53,678 bases of DNA from Candidatus Magasanikiibacteriota bacterium (GTDB lineage: Bacteria > Patescibacteriota > Patescibacteriia > Magasanikbacterales > UBA922), in NCBI GenBank assembly GCA_016193335.1, contig JACPSK010000006.1:1-53678 (forward strand), given 5' to 3'. Below the pieces are notes generated by a model. The model made no database searches and was not told where the DNA came from. It saw only the letters and a list, made by a program, of their open reading frames with translations. This document shows positions 47,165 to 53,678 of this stretch, piece after piece (within the stretch, counting starts at the first letter, position 1; each line of letters begins with the position of its first letter). Both the position numbers and the translations under genes were made by a program.

Positions 47165-47863
47165 ATGGCCAAAAAACAATTAAAAATAATTTCAGTGGGA
47201 GGATCTATTATTATTCCAAAGACAGGATTTGATATTTCTTTTCTCAAAAAGTTTCGCCGTCTTTTGATTAAGGAGATAAAAAAAGGCCAGCGTTTTATTT
47301 TGGTGGTGGGAGGAGGCACAACGTGCAGGATGTATCAAGGGGCGGCCGCCAAGATCAGCCGTTTGAGTTCAGAGGATTTGGATTGGATTGGCATTCAGAG
47401 CACTGTCTTCAACGCTCATTTTATGCGTTTCATGTTCAAAGATTACGCCTATTCCAAGATTGTTCAGAATCCAAGTGAAAAAATATCCAGCGCTAAGCCT
47501 ATTGTCGTGGCCGCCGGATGGAAGCCTGGCGCTTCAACCGATATGGATACAGTGCTTCTTGCCAAGACTTATGGAGCCAAAGAGCTTATAAACCTCTCCA
47601 ATGTGTCTTATGTGTATGATAAAGATCCGCGCAAACACGCGGGCGCGAAAAAAATAGAACAGATTGATTGGAAAACATTCAGAAAAGATATTGTGGGCAT
47701 GGGCGCTTCTTGGAAGCCGGGAAGCAATCTGCCCTTCGATCCCGTGGCCAGCAAAGAGGCCGAGAGCCTGGGCCTTAAAGTTTTGATGCTGGATGGAACA
47801 GACCTCAAAGAAGTAGAAAAGGCTCTTCAAGGTGATCAATTTAAAGGCACACTTATTTGGTAA
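47165..47863 (+). CDS. pyrH: UMP kinase, archaeal type
   Basis: SVGGSII, VVGGG, DWIGI, PGASTD, VYDKDP, PFDP. Confidence 0.9.
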   Translation: MAKKQLKIISVGGSIIIPKTGFDISFLKKFRRLLIKEIKKGQRFILVVGGGTTCRMYQGAAAKISRLSSEDLDWIGIQSTVFNAHFMRFMFKDYAYSKIVQNPSEKISSAKPIVVAAGWKPGASTDMDTVLLAKTYGAKELINLSNVSYVYDKDPRKHAGAKKIEQIDWKTFRKDIVGMGASWKPGSNLPFDPVASKEAESLGLKVLMLDGTDLKEVEKALQGDQFKGTLIW

Positions 47864-47883
47864 AAATAAGTTTTGGATTCGAT

Positions 47884-48984
47884 TTAGAGCATTCGCGCGT
47901 ATCCCAAGCTGGCGTTAAGTTCAATGTTTTGTCCATTTTTCAGTTGTTTTGAAGCTGTACCGGTGCCTACCAGACAGGGTTTGCCGAGTTCGCGGCTTAT
48001 AATAGCGGCATGAGTCAATATTCCGCCTCGGTCTGTGATAATCCCGGCGCATTGCTTCATGAGCGGCACATACTCAGGACTTGTCATGTCGCAAATCAAT
48101 ATTTCGTCTTTGGAAAGCTGAGCCTCCGCAATCTCGTTCGGCGCTATAATACGCGCTCTGCCTCGCGTCATTCCGGGACTTCCGGTGCGGCCGCTTAGCT
48201 TTTCATGCGTTTCTGTATTTTTTGAAGGTATCAAAGACTTGTGTGAATACAATGCCGGCAATATTCGATTGTAGTCTATAAACCACAATCCGTATTGACT
48301 GGAGGTGGTTGTTTCAAAATATCCTTGAATATAATTTTTTACGAAAGAAGTTTCGAGGACTTTTTTTATTTTTTTCTGTAATTCGGTATCAGACACCTCT
48401 AAAAAAGAAATAATTTTTTTTAATTCTGCCAGAGCCGCTTCATTTTTTTCACTCAATCTCCAGTCCTTAAAATCAAAATGAAACTCTATGGGTTTTGGAT
48501 TCTCATAAAAGCCCTGGGTTAGTTTTTCGTGGCTGTCCGCTATGATTTCTCCAAAGAATCCCTGTTCATTGAGTACCGAGATGCTGGACCAGAGATGATC
48601 ACTCGGGTGAGGAATAAAATGCGCGTCATAGAGACTATGGTCTATCTTTTGTTCTTTGAACCAGCCTTTGAAAACCTCATGAACCGTAAACCCGCGCATT
48701 CGCAGTTTGGGAAGCCGCTGATCTCGCGGCACGAGCCTCAGCGCGCAAAGATCATTCCCGTGTTCCTGGATGTATGCCAGACATTCCGCAGATCCGCGGA
48801 ATACATCTTGGGCGGGAAAGATTGTTGGCTTATCGAAGGGGAAGGGGATCACAGAAGCCAATGTCTCCATGCGAGCGCGTTTTGTATTATCTTCTTGGCG
48901 CATCTCTCCTGATTTAGCGTGTCCGATCTGTTCTAGCCATTCGGTGAGAGAGATTTGTTTTTTGAGAAGGGTTTGTAATTCCAT
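47884..48984 (-). CDS. Protein with a C-terminal PEP-utilising phosphohistidine (swivel) domain
   Basis: MTSPEY...TDRGGILTHAAIISRELGKPCLVG. Confidence 0.8.
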   Translation of the reverse strand: MELQTLLKKQISLTEWLEQIGHAKSGEMRQEDNTKRARMETLASVIPFPFDKPTIFPAQDVFRGSAECLAYIQEHGNDLCALRLVPRDQRLPKLRMRGFTVHEVFKGWFKEQKIDHSLYDAHFIPHPSDHLWSSISVLNEQGFFGEIIADSHEKLTQGFYENPKPIEFHFDFKDWRLSEKNEAALAELKKIISFLEVSDTELQKKIKKVLETSFVKNYIQGYFETTTSSQYGLWFIDYNRILPALYSHKSLIPSKNTETHEKLSGRTGSPGMTRGRARIIAPNEIAEAQLSKDEILICDMTSPEYVPLMKQCAGIITDRGGILTHAAIISRELGKPCLVGTGTASKQLKNGQNIELNASLGYARML

Positions 48985-49077
48985 ATAGGAAATATAGTAT
49001 ATCGTTGTTGCATTGACACGTAAAATCAGCTACGCTTCAGTACAGCATATCATATACCACTATTAAGGTGTACTAAG

Positions 49078-50883
49078 ATGTCAGATACTCAAACTATAAA
49101 AGACAAACTGGACATCGTTGATTTTATTGCTGACTATGTCCAGCTCAAGCCTGCCGGAGTAAACCATAAGGGTCTTTGTCCTTTTCACCAAGAAAAGTCC
49201 CCGTCTTTTATGGTAAGTCGTCAAAATCAGGTTTGGCATTGTTTCGGTTGCTCCAAAGGAGGAGATATTTTCAGTTTTGTTCAGGAAATGGAAGGATTGG
49301 AATTCATAGAGGCTTTGAAGCTCTTGGCCGATAAAGCAGGGGTGGAGCTTGAAAGCCGCGAACGGTCTCAGATAGATTCAAGCAAAAAAAATAGGATAAA
49401 ACAGATCAACACAGAGGCCGCTCGTTTTTATCATCATTTTTTGCTTCGCATGCCGAACGCCCGTCCTGCTTACGAGTATCTCAAAAGCAGAGGACTGAGA
49501 GAGCAGGGCATTGAAGAATGGCAGATCGGTTTTATACCTGTTCAATGGGATTTGCTCACCCAATATTTGCTAAAAAAAGGGCAGAGTATAGAAGATTTGG
49601 TGGATGCCGGCATTACCATAAAAAAGGATCAGGCTAACTCGTTCAGCAAACAAGGCTATTATGATCGTTTTAGAGGAAGGATTATGTTTCCCATTAAAGA
49701 CGTGCATGGCACGGTCGTTGGTTTTACCGGCAGACTTTTGAAAGAAGATCCATCTGCCGGAGGAAAATATGTGAATACGCCCCAAACCTTGCTCTATGAT
49801 AAATCTCGCGTATTATTTGGTTTGGATAAAGCAAAACAAGAAATACGTTCCAAAGATTTTATCATTGTGGTAGAGGGGCAAATGGACGTAATTTCCTCGC
49901 ATCAGGCAGGACAGCATAATGTGGTGGCTTCGAGCGGTACGGCTTTTACAGAGCAGCAGATAGCGCTTATTAAGCGTTTTACAAAAAATGTCCGCATAGC
50001 TTTTGACACTGACTCTGCCGGAATCTCTGCGACTGAACGGGGGATTGACCTGGCTCTGGAAATCGGTTTGTCTGTAGATCTCATTCAGTTGCCTCCGGAA
50101 GCCGGAAAAGACCCTGCTGATTGTATTCAAAAAGACAAGGATATGTGGTTCAAAGCGGTTGAATCCATCAAACCGGTAATGACATGGCATCTGGACCGGA
50201 TTTTGAGAAAATTTCATCTGGATGATCTAAAACAGAAACAAGAAGCAGTGGATCTCTGTCTCCAAAAAATCCGTAAAATTCCTTACGCTGTGGAGCGGGA
50301 TTATTGGCTTAAAGAACTGGCTTCTCGGACCGGAGTGGACCATAGCGTTCTTCGTGAAGATCTCAAACGTATAAGCGATGACGCGCTTCGTGTTCGATCT
50401 CCATCTCAAAATTCCACTGTTTTGGACTCAGCTCAACAAAGTAGAGCCGTGAATGACAACTCACTTATGCTTGTTGAGGAGCTTTGCGGTCTTTTGTTGG
50501 GCCACAGAGAATTGGCGCCTCTGGCTTTTTCTTCTGGCCTGGAAGATACGCTATCCACATACCCCCTGCATGCCGAGCTTTACGGATTTCTTAAGATCGA
50601 GTATACTAAACATGGCTCTCTGGATATAGAGATGTTTCGGAATACGGTTCCCGAGAGGCTTAAACATCTCTTCCAAGTACTTCTCATGAGATCTGAGTTG
50701 GTTTTTTCAAATGCGGAATTTTTTGATCCTCGCAAGGAATTTTTGTCTGTTTCAGAACGCCTGAAGAAAGAACACAGATTCAAAAGAAACCAAAATTTAA
50801 GCACCAGAATAGCTCAGGCAGAGCAAAGCGGAGACAAAGTTCTTCTTGGATCGCTTATAAAAGAATTTCAAGAATTGCAGTAA
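49078..50883 (+). CDS. dnaG: DNA primase
   Basis: CPFH...HCFGC Zn finger, DRFRGRIMFP, KYVN, VEGQMD, FDTDSAG, KDPAD. Confidence 0.97.
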   Translation: MSDTQTIKDKLDIVDFIADYVQLKPAGVNHKGLCPFHQEKSPSFMVSRQNQVWHCFGCSKGGDIFSFVQEMEGLEFIEALKLLADKAGVELESRERSQIDSSKKNRIKQINTEAARFYHHFLLRMPNARPAYEYLKSRGLREQGIEEWQIGFIPVQWDLLTQYLLKKGQSIEDLVDAGITIKKDQANSFSKQGYYDRFRGRIMFPIKDVHGTVVGFTGRLLKEDPSAGGKYVNTPQTLLYDKSRVLFGLDKAKQEIRSKDFIIVVEGQMDVISSHQAGQHNVVASSGTAFTEQQIALIKRFTKNVRIAFDTDSAGISATERGIDLALEIGLSVDLIQLPPEAGKDPADCIQKDKDMWFKAVESIKPVMTWHLDRILRKFHLDDLKQKQEAVDLCLQKIRKIPYAVERDYWLKELASRTGVDHSVLREDLKRISDDALRVRSPSQNSTVLDSAQQSRAVNDNSLMLVEELCGLLLGHRELAPLAFSSGLEDTLSTYPLHAELYGFLKIEYTKHGSLDIEMFRNTVPERLKHLFQVLLMRSELVFSNAEFFDPRKEFLSVSERLKKEHRFKRNQNLSTRIAQAEQSGDKVLLGSLIKEFQELQ

Positions 50884-51029
50884 ATTTTTTGAGTTCAGAT
50901 CACCCTGAGGTCCTGACTAAAGGTTATCTAGGGACAGGAGATTAAATTTATTATATTTAAATTAAAAATACATAGCCATTGTGTGGCGTAATGGCACGCT
51001 AAGAGTGTTATTACGTTTTTATCACATTC

Positions 51030-52430
51030 ATGCCAAAGAAAAGGAGTACAATCAAAACCGGACGTCGCCCTAGGAAAGCTTCGTCCTCCTCGGCCGTCAA
51101 AAAAGCGGTCTCAACAAAGTCTCGCTCTATCAGAAAGGCCTCAACCATACATTCAAAAGCAGGCTCAAAAAAAATAGTTCAAGCGAGCAAAGAACGCATT
51201 TCAGGATCTCAGACTTCAAAGAAAAATCAGACCTCTCATACAGCCCAGAAAAGGGCTTCAAAAAAAAGAGGTTTTCAGAATTTTCGCTCTTTCAATAAAA
51301 AAGAAAAGGAAGCCCTTATTTCAGTGAATCCGCCCAAGAACGCGGAAGTTTTGTTTTTGATTCAAAAAGGACGCAACAGAGGCTTTCTCATTGAAAAAGA
51401 AGTTTTGAGCCTTTTCCCTTATTTGGAGTGCTACATTCCTGAGTTTGAATATTTTTTGGATATTCTTGATAAAAATAGCATACAAATTGTAAGCGGTCCT
51501 GAAGGGGGTCTTCTTGGCCAGCGCCATGCCACTTCTCATATTATCAACAAATTACAAGGAGAACAGCCGGATGTGGAACGCGGGTTTTTTGATTTGGGCA
51601 GTATTTCTCAGGACTCCATTCAAATGTATTTGCGAGAAATAGGCAAAGTTCCACTTTTGAATGCTGAAGAAGAAGTGGCTTTGGCAAAAAGAAAAGAACG
51701 GGGCGACAAAGACGCCGAACACCGCATGATAGAGGCCAACCTGCGTTTGGTAGTTTCCATAGCCAAGAAATTTGTGGGCAAAAGTCTGTCTTTGCTTGAT
51801 CTGATTCAAGAAGGAAACATTGGTTTGTTCCGCGCGGTCAAAAAATTTGATTACCGCAAAGGTTATAAATTTTCCACATATGCCACGTGGTGGATACGCC
51901 AAGCCATAACGAGAGCTCTTGCCGATCATTCGAGAACCATCAGAATTCCGGTGCACATGGTGGAAACCATAAACCGGCTCACTCAGATGCAAAGACGTCT
52001 TCTCCAGGATCTGGGCCGCAAAGCCACCCCCGAAGAATTGGCCGCTGAAATGGGAGAAGAAGTGGAGAAGATAAGACATATCATAAAAATTTCCCAGGCC
52101 ACGGTTTCTCTTGAAACTTCGGTGGGAGACGACGACGATGACGACACTTCGCTTTCTGACTTTATTGAGGACGTAAAAAATGTGAGCCCAGTTCAGGCGG
52201 CCGGTTCAGAGCTTTTGAAAGGGTATATTACCGAAGCCATTGCCGATTTATCGCCTCGGGAAAAGAAAATTCTTGAGATGCGTTTTGGTTTGGCAGATGG
52301 GGTGACGCATACGCTCGAAGAAGTGGGCAAGGAATTTGGCGTTACGAGAGAAAGAATACGTCAAATTGAAGCAAAAGCTCTTGAAAAAATTCAAGGTTTT
52401 GAGGTTATTGAAAAATTGAGAGACTATTAG
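51030..52430 (+). CDS. rpoD: RNA polymerase primary sigma factor
   Basis: [49 protein letters not shown]; long basic N-terminal extension. Confidence 0.97.
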   Translation: MPKKRSTIKTGRRPRKASSSSAVKKAVSTKSRSIRKASTIHSKAGSKKIVQASKERISGSQTSKKNQTSHTAQKRASKKRGFQNFRSFNKKEKEALISVNPPKNAEVLFLIQKGRNRGFLIEKEVLSLFPYLECYIPEFEYFLDILDKNSIQIVSGPEGGLLGQRHATSHIINKLQGEQPDVERGFFDLGSISQDSIQMYLREIGKVPLLNAEEEVALAKRKERGDKDAEHRMIEANLRLVVSIAKKFVGKSLSLLDLIQEGNIGLFRAVKKFDYRKGYKFSTYATWWIRQAITRALADHSRTIRIPVHMVETINRLTQMQRRLLQDLGRKATPEELAAEMGEEVEKIRHIIKISQATVSLETSVGDDDDDDTSLSDFIEDVKNVSPVQAAGSELLKGYITEAIADLSPREKKILEMRFGLADGVTHTLEEVGKEFGVTRERIRQIEAKALEKIQGFEVIEKLRDY

Positions 52431-52594
52431 AACCCAGCTCAAAAATAATTTTGAGCCAGTTTCAAAGCAGTTTTGAGGGAAAAAAGTGAAGATTGAGAGA
52501 GACATAAACGGTATTATGACGAGGAAAGCTGAACTTTTTAGACCCAAAACTGATTGAAAATGGGCCATGAGTTATTTTTGAGCTGAGGCTCTAA
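52427..52594. mobile_element. MITE-like element with ~22 bp terminal inverted repeats
   Basis: Left TTAGAACCCAGCTCAAAAATAA; right (reverse complement) TTAGAGCCTCAGCTCAAAAATAA; overlaps the rpoD stop codon. Confidence 0.55.
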
Positions 52595-52625
52595 GATTGT
52601 ACAGTTTCCCTTTGTTCGTGAAAGA

Positions 52626-52648
52626 GCCGCCTGAAAGGCGATTTTTTT
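52626..52648 (+). terminator. Intrinsic terminator downstream of rpoD
   Basis: CGCCT-GAA-AGGCG-ATTTTTTT. Confidence 0.6.
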
Positions 52649-52723
52649 GTATTGGACGAATTAAGCGAATAGAAATGAATGGATATGGTCTCAGAACCAT
52701 CCTTTACATCCCACACACAACCA

Positions 52724-52912
52724 CCCCTTAGATCCCCTCCTTAGTAAAGGAGGGGATCGTGGATGCGAGGTCTCCGCCCGCCTTTACTAAGGGGAGAACT
52801 CTCAGTATCGGTCTCTCCCCCTTTATTAAGGGGGAGATGTAAGAGGGGGTTTGGGAGTTTATTCAGACAATCTCACAAGCACCCCTTGCAGCCCCCTCCT
52901 TGTGGAGGAGGA
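52724..52912. repeat. Cluster of REP-like hairpins
   Basis: GATCCCCTCCTTAGTAAAGGAGGGGATC, CCTTTACTAAGG, TCTCCCCCTTTATTAAGGGGGAGA, CCCCCTCCTTGTGGAGGAGG. Confidence 0.7.
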
Positions 52913-53020
52913 GAACAAGAGATGGTGTGGATTTTCGCGCCAACACTTTTTTCATATTGACTTTCTTTTCTTACTATGGGATACTGGTTTTCGTTTTCCA
53001 ACAAGGGAGGAAAAACGCAC

Positions 53021-53437
53021 ATGGATCGTACGGAACGTTATCTCGTTTTTTATCACTATGCGCTGGCCTTGCTTCTGGGAAGATCTGGAGACGGAGTTGC
53101 TGCTGAGGCCTCTCGGGCCTTCGAAGACTTTGACCTCAAGGATGACTGGGGATCATGCACCTTTACGGCCATCATGATCTCTCGGATGGGAGTTCCGGCT
53201 GATTGGCGAGACCTCTTTGTGAGAGCCATTCTCTCTGCGATTTGTCGTTTTGACGACGACAATCTCCATCGCGCCTGTGGGCTCGCACTTCTCAAGCTCG
53301 ATGCTCGGGATGAGCTCGAAGCCCACTACCGGACGGCAGAGACCGGGTCTCAAGACCTGGAATGTCTGGGCGCTGTGCTTGATCATATGAGGATTTCCCG
53401 GCCGACTCGGGGAGACGACGAGACTGCGGCAGCCTAG
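53021..53437 (+). CDS. GC-rich hypothetical helical protein
   Basis: SD GGGAGG before MDRTER; possible TTGACT-17-GATACT promoter. Confidence 0.55.
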   Translation: MDRTERYLVFYHYALALLLGRSGDGVAAEASRAFEDFDLKDDWGSCTFTAIMISRMGVPADWRDLFVRAILSAICRFDDDNLHRACGLALLKLDARDELEAHYRTAETGSQDLECLGAVLDHMRISRPTRGDDETAAA

Positions 53438-53595
53438 CCTGTTCTAGGCTTTTGAGCTCATCACTGTGCGCGCATTCCTTTGTATTTATCGCGATGAATG
53501 CGAAGGAATAAAAATATCCCCGGAATGGGGATGTTTTATTATCTCTATAAACCACCGGCGTAGCCGGGGTGTGTACGTTTGAAGGCGACGCCGTA

Positions 53596-53627
53596 TACTA
53601 CCACCGCCCGGCAGGGCGGTGGTAGTA
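53596..53627. repeat. Perfect 14 bp hairpin
   Basis: TACTACCACCGCCC-GGCA-GGGCGGTGGTAGTA. Confidence 0.7.
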
Positions 53628-53678
53628 GTAAGCTATACGCGTATGCAACAACATAAACGTACGATACGTACCCTATCA

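Noticed and set aside
1-53678. CRISPR array
   Set aside because: No regularly spaced direct repeats with unique spacers, and no cas genes.
1-53678. Alternative genetic code 25 (TGA=Gly)
   Set aside because: pyrG, secA and other genes end at TGA at expected lengths, and core genes are uninterrupted in code 11.

Overview
A 53.7 kb chromosomal segment using genetic code 11. Gene content points to Patescibacteria/CPR (inference): a VirD4-like ATPase with CPR-type neighbours, an archaeal-type UMP kinase, a stand-alone PEP-utiliser swivel domain, a SWIB protein, a C39-like exported protein and few Shine-Dalgarno sites. The core backbone is era, rplI, pyrG, murB, hpf, secA, dus, purB-purA-folD, tRNA-Gln, dnaX, cysS, pyrH and dnaG-rpoD. 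Three accessory loci stand out. (1) At 107-7320 is an integron-like cassette array with no integrase in the window. It has attC-like hairpins, a candidate attI, and two cassettes whose ends are long inverted repeats terminating in GTT/AAC cores: a GC-rich nucleoside phosphorylase, and a 5.8 kb Type III R-M plus PARIS/OLD-like ATPase-TOPRIM module. (2) At 19760-21712 a class II terpene cyclase domain (DDLDDT, QW motifs) is fused to a class I DDxxD domain, near a PlsC-HAD fusion and a GC-rich adenylate cyclase. (3) At 26515-30858 a cobalamin riboswitch leads an operon encoding a transcobalamin-like surface protein, a DUF4430 protein and an S-component-like membrane protein. Also present are an IS with terminal inverted repeats, a dispersed palindrome/MITE family at gene ends, and REP-like hairpins. 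All calls come from reading motifs by eye; no database searches were run.
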